Shown here piece after piece: positions 55,316 to 64,000 of a DNA stretch of 64,000 bases. Within the stretch, counting starts at the first letter, position 1. Each line of letters opens with the position of its first letter. The DNA is from Thermoplasmatota archaeon (GTDB lineage Archaea > Thermoplasmatota > E2 > JACPAO01 > JAHFTW01): positions 1 through 64,000 of the forward strand of contig JBFIHX010000010.1 of assembly GCA_041601615.1 (NCBI GenBank), given 5' to 3'. The notes under the pieces were generated by a model. That model worked only from the letters and a program-made list of their open reading frames with translations, was not told the DNA's origin and searched no databases. The position numbers and the translations under genes were made by a program.

Positions 55316-57061
55316 ATGAAAACCCAACTCTTGGCACTCATGGCAGTTGCACTTCTTGCAAGTGTGACCGCCGCCACCCCCGAAGAGATCGTGACACAAC
55401 TAGCCGACAACGTACTCGGCATCGCGCCTCCAGACCTATCTTTGGTGCTGGACCCCGAACACCCTGACTCCCCGATTGATGAGCCTGGCGCCTACATCAT
55501 CGGCCTGCACGCCATGGCTCGCAACGTAAAAGTCGGCGACGAATTCCACGGCGAAGTGATCGTGGGCCTCAACCACGCCATTCGCTTCGTGCTCGTGGAC
55601 GTGGAAGAGCCGCAATCCTTTGCCCGAGACGTAGACGCCGACGCCAACGTGCGCTACATCCAGAAGGACACTCTGGACTTCCACGCCTCCTTTACACCCA
55701 GCGAAGTCTACTACGGCTGCTGCCAATGGGGCATCAAGGACGTCAACGTGGAGACCGCCTGGGATACCACCCTGGGCAGCACGAGCGTCAAACTCGCCAT
55801 CCTCGACAGTGGCCTGCGCAAGAGCCACGAAGACATCGGCAACTACCTGCAAGGTTGGGACTTTGTCTTCAACGACAACGACCCCAACGACGCCAACGGA
55901 CACGGCACGCACGTCACCAGCACCGCCGCCGGCCTCACCAACAACGGCCTCGGCGTCGCGGGTGTCGCCCAAGCCCAAATCCTGCCCGTCCGAGTCCTGA
56001 ACGGCGCCGGCAGCGGCACCCACAGCCAAATCGCCAACGGCATGACCTACGCCGCCGACCAAGGCGCCAAGATTCTCAGCATGAGCCTCGGCGGCCCAGG
56101 CAGTCAGACCATCCTGGACGCCGTCAACTATGCCTGGAACAGCGGTGCTCTCATCATCGCCGCCAGCGGTAACGACAACGGCCCAGTCGGCTACCCCGCC
56201 GCCTACAGCAATGCCATGGCCGTCGGCGCATACGACCAAAACCACAACCGAGCCAGCTTCAGCAACTACGGCAGCCAACTCGAAATCAGCGCCCCCGGCG
56301 TGCAAATCGCCGCCGCCTACAACCGCAACGACGCCGACTACGTCTACCAGGATGGCACCAGCATGGCAACCCCCATCGTCAGTGGCGCCGCAGCGCTCGC
56401 CTTGGCCGTCGACGGCACCCTCACGAACACCGCACTGCGCAACCTCATCACCAGCACCGCCGTGGACTACGGCAGCGCCGGCTGGGACAGCAGCTTCGGC
56501 TACGGTGGCGTGGACGCAGCGGCCCTCGTTGCGGCAGCAGCAGGTGGCGGCGGTGGCGGAACCCCCACCGTTGTCTACAGCGACGACTTCGAAGGCAGCA
56601 GCAGCTTCGTCACGAGCGGCGGCGGCAGCGACCTATGGCGCCTTAGCAGCGGCTGCCTCGGTGGCAACCCCACCACCAGCCTCCAATTCAACGAGGCCGT
56701 GGACTGCCAATACAGCACCGGAGCCCAGACCACCGGCTGGGCCCGCATCCTGCTGGATCTAAGCGGCGCCACCACCGCCACCGTCACTTTCGACCACAAG
56801 TGGACGACGGAGTCCTACAGCGGCGGTGCCTACGACATCATGCGCGTCCAAGCCAGCGGCGACGGCAGCTCGTGGACCACCCTCGAACAATGGGACAGCC
56901 GCGACGCCAACCAAGCTTCCTGGACCGGCGCAACGTACAGCCTCGACACATGGGCTGGAGACAGCTCCGCCTACGTGCGCTTCTTCTTCGACAGTGTAGA
57001 CGGCTCCTACAACAACTACGCCGGCTGGGGCATCGACAACTTCGAAGTGACCAAACTATAA
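55316..57061 (+). CDS. Secreted subtilisin-like S8 serine protease with C-terminal beta-sandwich domain
   Basis: ILDSG, GHGTHV, GTSMATP triad; signal/propeptide; Gly linker followed by SDDFEG...GWGIDN. Confidence 0.92.
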   Translation: MKTQLLALMAVALLASVTAATPEEIVTQLADNVLGIAPPDLSLVLDPEHPDSPIDEPGAYIIGLHAMARNVKVGDEFHGEVIVGLNHAIRFVLVDVEEPQSFARDVDADANVRYIQKDTLDFHASFTPSEVYYGCCQWGIKDVNVETAWDTTLGSTSVKLAILDSGLRKSHEDIGNYLQGWDFVFNDNDPNDANGHGTHVTSTAAGLTNNGLGVAGVAQAQILPVRVLNGAGSGTHSQIANGMTYAADQGAKILSMSLGGPGSQTILDAVNYAWNSGALIIAASGNDNGPVGYPAAYSNAMAVGAYDQNHNRASFSNYGSQLEISAPGVQIAAAYNRNDADYVYQDGTSMATPIVSGAAALALAVDGTLTNTALRNLITSTAVDYGSAGWDSSFGYGGVDAAALVAAAAGGGGGGTPTVVYSDDFEGSSSFVTSGGGSDLWRLSSGCLGGNPTTSLQFNEAVDCQYSTGAQTTGWARILLDLSGATTATVTFDHKWTTESYSGGAYDIMRVQASGDGSSWTTLEQWDSRDANQASWTGATYSLDTWAGDSSAYVRFFFDSVDGSYNNYAGWGIDNFEVTKL

Positions 57062-57065
57062 GCCC

Positions 57066-57128
57066 TGCTTCGAACGTCCCTCCTCCCTTTTTCCCCCCTC
57101 TCTGCCCATAGTGTGATTGCGGGCAGAG
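57066..57128 (+). terminator. Pyrimidine/T tract followed by a hairpin after the S8 protease gene
   Basis: ctcctccctttttcccccct followed by ctctgccc...gggcagag. Confidence 0.45.
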
Positions 57129-57296
57129 GCTCGAAGAATCGAGTGAAAACGGCGAGCCAGCCCACACTCGACCTACCCTGGGGAGCCTAAAGCCATCACA
57201 CATTCGGGGCGCCAAAATCACCCCAGAAATCGAAGGGGATTCGTTCAATGATTGGAGAAAATGGAGGAGACGCTGTCGATCAGCGAAGAAGTCGAT

Positions 57297-57515
57297 TTAC
57301 GGGCCGAGGCATTCAGGATGAAGTTCGTAGACCTCAGGGTAGACTTCCACGAGCACGCTGCAGTGCCAGAGGCAACTCGTGGAGAACGTCACGCTGCTTG
57401 GCGGCACACCGGGCCCATACGTAGGCATGAAGGTACAGGGCGCTTCGGAAGCATCCGCGGATGCAAACGGGACGACGCTCACAAGGAGCAGGGCTGCGAC
57501 GAAAAAAATGCGCAT
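57297..57515 (-). CDS. Small secreted 4-Cys peptide
   Basis: Signal peptide ending ASA; 4 Cys in an approximately 52-aa mature part. Confidence 0.55.
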   Translation of the reverse strand: MRIFFVAALLLVSVVPFASADASEAPCTFMPTYGPGVPPSSVTFSTSCLWHCSVLVEVYPEVYELHPECLGP

Positions 57516-57614
57516 GCGCCCGCAATTGAACCGAACTACAGGAACTTGACTCGGGATGAATGCGCAATGGGCCCAAAATCTGCTTGCACGCCCTCCGTGG
57601 CTCCTCGACCGCGC

Positions 57615-59165
57615 CTAGACCAAGCGAACCCGGTGTGCTTCCTTGATTGCCGGTAATGACCGAAGCCCATCCCGGGCCTCCTTGGGCACTCCGCCATCCA
57701 CGCGAATCACCGCCACCGCAGCGCCCGTTCCATCCCGAGCAAGGCTCAAGTCGGCCACGTTCACGCCTGCGTCCGCCAAAATGCGCGTGATGCCCGCAAG
57801 CACACCAGGAACGTCGTCGTGGCGCGTAAACAAGAACCGCCCCTCGGGACGGAAATCCACGTCAAAGCCATCGATGCGCGTCACCCGCGCACCGTAGTGC
57901 GGCGTGTAGGTGCCCTCAAGGCGGATGCTGTGGCCGTTGCTTCGAAGCTCCACGCCAACGTACTCCGTGTCCGATATTCCCTTGCTCGCCACAGTCCAAC
58001 CCTTCTCCGTCGCCATGCCCGGCGCATTGATGGCATTCACCGGCTCATCCGTGCCGGCTCGAAGTGCACCCACCAGTGCATGCACACGAAGCGCTTCAGC
58101 GTCAAGATCAGGGCCGCTGATGACCACCACTTCCTCCAGGGCGCCCGCCAAAGCCTGCGCTCCGAATCCAGACAAAGACTCTGCGAGTCCAACCCAGTGG
58201 CGCATCGCTTCAGGCACCCGAACCTGCGCGTTCACCGCGCTGCCGGCGTCGCCAGAATCCAAGAAATCACAGACACGCTCCACCGCCTGCACCGCCGCCT
58301 TCACCTGCGCCTCGTGGGTGCTGGCGCCAAGATGTGGGGCCGCGACCACCCGTGGGTGTTTGGCCAGTGCCCACTCCGTCGGCGGCTCAGAAGCCCACAC
58401 ATCGATGCCGGCGGCAGCCACAAGTCCCTCCTCCAGCGCCACCAGAAGCGCAGATTCATCGATGAGCCCGCCGCGAGCAGCGTTTACGATGATTGCCGAC
58501 TTCTTCATCAAAGCCAACCGCCGCCCATCCAGCATGTCGCGGGTCTCCGGCGTCAACGGCGTGTGGAATGTTACGAAATCTGCACGAGCAAAACCGTCGT
58601 CCAAGCTCACGGCCTCCACGCCGAAGCTCTTGGCAGCCTCCGGAGTCACGAACGGATCAAAACCAATCGTCACCATCTCGAATGCCTGCGCCCGCTTGGC
58701 CATCATGCGACCAATGCGCCCAAGGCCTACGATGAACACAGTCTTGCCAGCAAGCTCCACACCCTTCAAGCGCTTGCGCGCCCAGTCGCCTTGTTTCATC
58801 GCCGCGTCCGCTTCCGGCACGCGCCTTGCAACCGCGAGCATCAGGGCCCACGCCTGCTCCGCGGCACTCGTAATGTTACCCGTGGGACTGTTGAATACAG
58901 CAACGCCCGCGCCCGTGGCCGCCGCAAGGTCCACGTTGTCCACGCCAACACCCGCGCGACCCACGGCGCGAAGCAGCGGCGCGGATGCAAATTCGTCCGG
59001 CCCAAGCCGGGTGCCGCTGCGGATGATCCACGCCTCGGCCTCCGCGACCGCCGCCGCACGCGCATCGCCTTCGAGTCCCGTGATGTCGACCGGATCGTGG
59101 CCGCGAGCACGCAGGAGGTCGGATCCTTCTTGAGCAAGGGGGTCGGAGATTACGACGCGGGCCAT
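57615..59165 (-). CDS. serA: D-3-phosphoglycerate dehydrogenase
   Basis: RAGVGVDNVD, GLGRIG, NAARGG, PHLGAST.EAQ, C-terminal ACT (DVPGV). Confidence 0.94.
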   Translation of the reverse strand: MARVVISDPLAQEGSDLLRARGHDPVDITGLEGDARAAAVAEAEAWIIRSGTRLGPDEFASAPLLRAVGRAGVGVDNVDLAAATGAGVAVFNSPTGNITSAAEQAWALMLAVARRVPEADAAMKQGDWARKRLKGVELAGKTVFIVGLGRIGRMMAKRAQAFEMVTIGFDPFVTPEAAKSFGVEAVSLDDGFARADFVTFHTPLTPETRDMLDGRRLALMKKSAIIVNAARGGLIDESALLVALEEGLVAAAGIDVWASEPPTEWALAKHPRVVAAPHLGASTHEAQVKAAVQAVERVCDFLDSGDAGSAVNAQVRVPEAMRHWVGLAESLSGFGAQALAGALEEVVVISGPDLDAEALRVHALVGALRAGTDEPVNAINAPGMATEKGWTVASKGISDTEYVGVELRSNGHSIRLEGTYTPHYGARVTRIDGFDVDFRPEGRFLFTRHDDVPGVLAGITRILADAGVNVADLSLARDGTGAAVAVIRVDGGVPKEARDGLRSLPAIKEAHRVRLV

Positions 59166-59289
59166 GGACGACCCAAGGAGCCCGGCGCGGTACTTCAGGG
59201 GTCCTTTTGCGCCGGCGGGCCGCGATGGGAACTAGAGATTTTCGATACATCATAGAACTCCTAATGCCCCAATCAGAGGTTCCTCGAGT

Positions 59290-59535
59290 ATGAGGAACAT
59301 TCCCCTCGTACTCGTCAGCCTGCTCCTGCTCGCCCCGGCCGTAAGCGCCGACCACAGCGTTTACGGCAATTACATCCAGTGTGGCAGCGGCGACCACAGC
59401 CAGCCCGGCCTGCTAGGAACCGCCATGACCCTCTTCTGGAACACCTACCTCGGCGGCTGTGCCGCTGTAGAGTACACGCTCGAGGATACCGGCACGTTCA
59501 TCGATGCCGTCTGCGACTTCGTAGGCGCCTGCTGA
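59290..59535 (+). CDS. Small secreted acidic 4-Cys peptide
   Basis: Signal peptide ending VSA; C-terminal CDFVGAC; pyrimidine tract downstream. Confidence 0.65.
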   Translation: MRNIPLVLVSLLLLAPAVSADHSVYGNYIQCGSGDHSQPGLLGTAMTLFWNTYLGGCAAVEYTLEDTGTFIDAVCDFVGAC

Positions 59536-59631
59536 GCCGCCGGCACCTGCCAGATTCCTACTCCTTTCTTCTTCGTCTTGCGCCGAAATTGGACGCACAA
59601 GAACTAACACCCAGCCCGACAAGCACTCCCC

Positions 59632-60045
59632 ATGGCAACCCAGGCAGCAGAAGCATGGGCTCCCGCAGCACCCGGATTCGCCTTGGGCATCATGACGCTC
59701 CTTGGCAGCCCCATCACCCTCTCGCTGGTGCTCCTGCCCGTGGCGCTCCTAGCCATCGCCGCCGCCTGCATCTGGCGCACCCGCGTCGGGGACCTGCGCT
59801 TAACCTCCGCCATGGTGGGCGGCCTCGGCGGCGGCGTGCCCCTGGCATTCGGGACCTACATGGCCGTGGATTTCATGGTCAATTTCTGCATCTTCGACTG
59901 CGGGCCCCCCAACACGGCGCTCCCGTTGTTTGCCGGTTTTGTCGCATTCCTAACTTGCGGAGCCACCGCCGCACTGGCCACAGCATGCACGCCTCGCATT
60001 CCAAGAGATCCTTTGCCACTGCCGGAGCTACCCCCGGATCCGTAG
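59632..60045 (+). CDS. Small 4-TM membrane protein with a CxxxC loop
   Basis: Hydrophobic helices; FCIFDCGPP; Pro-rich tail. Confidence 0.55.
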   Translation: MATQAAEAWAPAAPGFALGIMTLLGSPITLSLVLLPVALLAIAAACIWRTRVGDLRLTSAMVGGLGGGVPLAFGTYMAVDFMVNFCIFDCGPPNTALPLFAGFVAFLTCGATAALATACTPRIPRDPLPLPELPPDP

Positions 60046-60067
60046 CCAACCACCAAAGCAGGGCGTC

Positions 60068-61273
60068 TCAACTTGCAGCGCTGGAGCCATCTGCGGTGTC
60101 GTCGTCCGCTTCGTCGTCCAGACGCATGGCTACGAGCGGGATCCGCTCCACTTCAAGTCGATCCGCCGTCGGATAGACCTCCGAAATCCACGCCTCGGCG
60201 TTCAACTCAATGAGCCCGCCTTCTTCGGCGAGCACTTCGGCCACGGCGGGCGCGGTCTCCACATGATCACCCACAACCACGACCCAGTCGGCAGGCACCT
60301 CAAAGTCGGCGCGAAGCCGCTCGGCTAGCTCGCCCGGACTCTGGCCAAGCGTGCTGCGGATCGCCCCAAACAAGAGCGTTCCCTCCTCCGATTGCTCCTC
60401 GAAGGGACGGGCCGTGCGCTCGGCGCGGCGACGAAGCCGCTGCATGAGCTGGATCGCGTCCTTGTACGGACTGCTGCAAAAGTGGACCGCCATCTTCTGG
60501 CCGGTCTGGCGCCACGATTCGAGCACCGCAAGCCCGGTCTCCCGGCTGCCCGCGACGCGCTGCGAAACGTCGTCTTTGGGCTGGTAGCCAAACCGCTTCA
60601 AGTTGGCAATGTTGGGCTCCGAGAACTCCAATTCGTTCATGTTGAGGCCGTGCGCCCCCGACGCCGCGAGGTAGGTGGCAAGCGCCACGATGTCGTCCTC
60701 TTTTCCTGGAACGGCAGGAATCTCCACCATCGTAGTCAAGCCCACCGCGAGTGCTCGCTGAATCGCCGCGTGGTGCCACGAATTGGGCATGTCCTTGTAT
60801 TCGCGAAGCTCCGGGTGGAACCGAATCTCATCCAGGCCCGCCGCCTTGAGCTTGTCGATCTCGTCAATGTCGAAGGCGCAACTGGTGTACAAGTGCGTGT
60901 GGAACGAGGGCCCGAACTCGGCCTTCATGACGCGAATCGTCTCGCAGACACGATCAGGCACCACCATTGGATCGCCACCCGTGATACCCGCGCCCTTAGC
61001 ACCAATCAACCGGCACTCGTCGAGAAGGTCGTCCCACTTGCCCTGATGAATCGGCCGCTCGTTGGCAAACATCACGTCACGGTACATTTTATCGCGAGAA
61101 ACAGGGCAGTAGAAGCACTCCTTGTCGCACAAGCCCGTGATGAACAACACAAGCTTCGCACCCTCACGGCACTGCACGCACCCCATCGGCAAAACGCCCA
61201 CGTGCTGACTGCCCGCGTACTTTTCCGACGCGGTGGGGCGGTCCAAGGGAGCGGTGGCGAGAGGGTGCGACAC
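60068..61273 (-). CDS. Archaeal radical SAM protein (COG2108-like)
   Basis: GC.QC..GAKLVLFITGLCDKECFYCP, ITGGDP, AGLDEIRFHP, NELEFSE.N. Confidence 0.88.
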   Translation of the reverse strand: MSHPLATAPLDRPTASEKYAGSQHVGVLPMGCVQCREGAKLVLFITGLCDKECFYCPVSRDKMYRDVMFANERPIHQGKWDDLLDECRLIGAKGAGITGGDPMVVPDRVCETIRVMKAEFGPSFHTHLYTSCAFDIDEIDKLKAAGLDEIRFHPELREYKDMPNSWHHAAIQRALAVGLTTMVEIPAVPGKEDDIVALATYLAASGAHGLNMNELEFSEPNIANLKRFGYQPKDDVSQRVAGSRETGLAVLESWRQTGQKMAVHFCSSPYKDAIQLMQRLRRRAERTARPFEEQSEEGTLLFGAIRSTLGQSPGELAERLRADFEVPADWVVVVGDHVETAPAVAEVLAEEGGLIELNAEAWISEVYPTADRLEVERIPLVAMRLDDEADDDTADGSSAAS

Positions 61274-61306
61274 TGTTGGGGCTCACTTGGGATGGGTGAT
61301 AAGGGT

Positions 61307-62194
61307 TCAGGAAGGCCACAGGACAAGGCTAACAAGGTCGGGTGGAATTAGATAGAGATGTTGTGTGTAATTCCCAGACAACGGACGCACCAGATACCCG
61401 TTTTGAGTTTCGACAAGCACACTTAGTTTGTGGCTCGCTTGGAACCCGCCATCTGTTTGGTTGCCGGCGTGAAGCAGAATCTCCTGGGCCGAGGGTGTCA
61501 ATTGGCCACTGTCCAGAACCATGTAAGAAATCCGGGGTTCAGCTCCGCCAAATTCGGAAGGCGTCAATGGGAGACTGAAAACCCCATGTGTGCCAGCGCT
61601 GGCAAGCAGGACTATGAGGACTGCGGGTACCGTTTTTCGAACGTGTTCGAAGAGACTGCGTTCCATCTCAAGTCGTACCATGCGTAAATTTGAAGGTTTT
61701 GCATGCACCGGGTTTGTTATTCGCCCCATACACCATCCTATAACCACTGCGGTAACAACATAAACTCCCCGGAGAATTCCATACATTGCAGCATTTAGAA
61801 TGGATAGAAATAAAATAAACCACCAAACTGTTTTGAATTCAAAAATAAATTCTATGGTTGAAAGTGTTAAATAGGTCGCTGCACCCACCATTATTAATTC
61901 AACCAAAACCCCTCCTGGTGCCATGAGCCAACGCGGCCCAGAAGTTGTTTTTACCCAAGCATGAAAAACACAGAACCCCATCCAGGAAATATAGACAATA
62001 AAGGCCATTGGGATTCCTGCTGCTAGATATTGGGTTGGGGCTAACGACAAGAATCCCAGATTTTCTTGCTCTGCATATAAACCCCAGGAGAGAAAACCGA
62101 TTACATAGCTTACAGGCACGAACAAAATGCCCATGATTTTCCAAGGTGGTGCGATATACACCAGTGGAAAATCTTGCGAAGTGTCGCCATCCAC
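61307..62194 (-). CDS. Low-GC orphan membrane protein
   Basis: Multiple TM helices; strongly AT-rich relative to both flanks. Confidence 0.55.
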   Translation of the reverse strand: MDGDTSQDFPLVYIAPPWKIMGILFVPVSYVIGFLSWGLYAEQENLGFLSLAPTQYLAAGIPMAFIVYISWMGFCVFHAWVKTTSGPRWLMAPGGVLVELIMVGAATYLTLSTIEFIFEFKTVWWFILFLSILNAAMYGILRGVYVVTAVVIGWCMGRITNPVHAKPSNLRMVRLEMERSLFEHVRKTVPAVLIVLLASAGTHGVFSLPLTPSEFGGAEPRISYMVLDSGQLTPSAQEILLHAGNQTDGGFQASHKLSVLVETQNGYLVRPLSGNYTQHLYLIPPDLVSLVLWPS

Positions 62195-62245
62195 AGGTGA
62201 TTGATGTATATCGATGGTTTGAGCTGACTGGTTTGTTGACGGTGA

Positions 62246-64000
62246 CTACGGCAACGCACTCACCGGCATCGCTTCGTAAGCACCCATCTCCACCGTAGGC
62301 AGAACCAACACCGTCCCCGCCCCGTCCAACTCCAACTCCACCGGCTGCGGCTGGGCCAATCCGACCACATCCCCTGCAGGGACACCCGTGATACTCAAGC
62401 GCAGCGTGGAGCCGGCGGCGACGATGTGTTCCGTGGGCCGGAACGGCAACGTCCCTTCGAAAACGGCGCCGGGGATGAGCGGTTCGTAGGAATCATAGCC
62501 GTTGCGCAGGGCAAGGTTCAGCATGCCCCAGGTGAGCACGCGCTGTCCGCCGCCTGCGTATTCTTCGATGAGTTCGGCGTAGACGAAGCCGTTCTCGCCG
62601 GCGGCCGTGCCTTTGAGAACCAGGCTCGGGGCGACGATGGGCAAATCTTCGGCGACTTCGGCGCGCAGCACGAGGCTGTTGAGGGGGAGCTCGCCGGGAA
62701 CGATGCCGCCGGGCACGGGAGTTAGGAGAATTTGTCCGGTTCCGCTGCCGGATTCTGCGAGTGCGCCAGCTTGGAAGTCCGCCGCGAGGCGGAGCTCTTG
62801 GTCGTCCACGGGGGGCCAAGCGTCGGTCATGCGGTGGTGCGTGGCGTCGGCGCTGACGACGACGTTCGGGACTCGGTCAAAGCCCATGTCTTTGCCCTTG
62901 ACGTAGTGGTCCATCCAGGCCACGAAGAGCACTTCTTGGTCCATGCGGGCCGGGTGCTGGTGCAGCCAGTGGCCAAACACGCCGAGTTTGGGGGCGTTGA
63001 TTTCGTTGAACCAGCCGGGGATCATGGCGCTCTTGACGTTGACATCCTCGAAGCCCTCGGTAAAGAGGACCGCAGCTTGGATGTCGCCGGCGCGTTTCTT
63101 GAAGTCCCGCACCTCGTAGAAGTCGTTGTATTCGGCCGTCGGGCTGTTGGCACCCACGATCAGCGTCGGGTCGCAAATGCCACTGGTGGCTTCGCGAAGG
63201 AGGGTGTCGAGGTCCGTGCGGGAGCCACTGGGCGCCTCGGGGGTCGCCGTGAGCACTTGGTACGCGACGGGACTGAGGCTGCTTTCGCCGTTGGGGACGC
63301 CACCGTAGTGCCAGTCTTCGTAGCTGTTGATGACGGGCGCCACGGCGATGATCGCCTTGAGCGCCTTGGGGTTCTGGATGGCTGCTTCCACGGGGGTGGT
63401 GCCAACGTAGCTTTGGCCGTAGAATCCGACGCTGCCGTCGCTCCAGGGCTGCGCATCGACCCAGTCGACGATGAAGGCTTGATCCTTCTGTTCGTTCTCG
63501 CCCCAGACTTCGACGCAGCCGCCACTCATACCGTAGCCACGCACGTCGACATTGACGGCTGCGTAGCCGCGCTTGGCCCAGTCCTGCGTCCAGTAGGTCC
63601 ACATGGCAGGCACAACGCCGCGCTTGGCGCCTTGCAGTTCGCCGTTGTAGGGGCTGCTGGCGATGACGGTGGGCCAGGGACCTTCACCTTCGGGCAGGGT
63701 CACTTCAACCCAGAGCGGGGCGCCGTCGAAGCTGTTGACAAATTGGTACGTCGTGGGTTTCAGTTCGTGCGTTGCGTGGCTTAGCTCGCTCAGATTGAGC
63801 ATGCCGGCGATGCCATCCACGGGGCGCACTAGGAATTCCAGGCGCAAATCTGCAGTGGCAGGGCCGGAGGCGCGGACGGTCCATTCGTCGCCGGGCAAGT
63901 CGAGTGCGGTGATGCTGCCGCAGGAGCGGGCGCCGAACAAGGTTTGGCCGTATCCGACGACGCTTTGTTGGTTGCAGCGGCGGCGGCCCGTGTCTTCGTT
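62246..64000 (-). CDS. CocE/NonD family (S15) hydrolase, 5' end outside the window
   Basis: SSPY, DVRGYGMSGG, QPWSDG.VG.YGQSYVG, EDVNV; reading frame open to the window edge. Confidence 0.88.
   Translation of the reverse strand, partial: NEDTGRRRCNQQSVVGYGQTLFGARSCGSITALDLPGDEWTVRASGPATADLRLEFLVRPVDGIAGMLNLSELSHATHELKPTTYQFVNSFDGAPLWVEVTLPEGEGPWPTVIASSPYNGELQGAKRGVVPAMWTYWTQDWAKRGYAAVNVDVRGYGMSGGCVEVWGENEQKDQAFIVDWVDAQPWSDGSVGFYGQSYVGTTPVEAAIQNPKALKAIIAVAPVINSYEDWHYGGVPNGESSLSPVAYQVLTATPEAPSGSRTDLDTLLREATSGICDPTLIVGANSPTAEYNDFYEVRDFKKRAGDIQAAVLFTEGFEDVNVKSAMIPGWFNEINAPKLGVFGHWLHQHPARMDQEVLFVAWMDHYVKGKDMGFDRVPNVVVSADATHHRMTDAWPPVDDQELRLAADFQAGALAESGSGTGQILLTPVPGGIVPGELPLNSLVLRAEVAEDLPIVAPSLVLKGTAAGENGFVYAELIEEYAGGGQRVLTWGMLNLALRNGYDSYEPLIPGAVFEGTLPFRPTEHIVAAGSTLRLSITGVPAGDVVGLAQPQPVELELDGAGTVLVLPTVEMGAYEAMPVSALP

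Overview
High-GC archaeal chromosome segment, most consistent with a Thermoplasmatota lineage. Archaeal markers include rpl7ae-rps28e-rpl24e, Pop5, NAC, RFC-S, deoxyhypusine synthase and a homodimeric GlyRS. The window also has a bacterial-type TopA and an 11-subunit-type complex I operon (nuoABCDHIJ1J2KLMN) that lacks NuoEFG and is flanked by a MidA/NDUFAF7 methyltransferase and a NifU-like gene. Housekeeping genes are interleaved with small accessory inserts: an Xre-RES toxin-antitoxin pair, low-GC orphan genes, a stem-loop array next to tRNA-Gly, and secreted Cys-rich peptides. Observations most worth follow-up: (i) a translationally coupled operon of a precursor-like protein, a degenerate grasp-like protein and an ATP-grasp ligase (candidate archaeal RiPP system, 51.8-54.0 kb); (ii) two paralogous CC-x5-CxxC micro-proteins behind an Lrp regulator, neither called as such in the ORF track; (iii) two gene 3'-end duplications (rpl24e, nifU-like), each preceded by a related CGAAGGTC hairpin, one with only synonymous differences between copies; (iv) a tandem double K-turn in the rpl7ae leader; (v) an RsbQ/KAI2-like hydrolase coupled to a PAS histidine kinase, with a pseudokinase nearby. 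All family calls come from recognising motifs by eye; no database searches were run.
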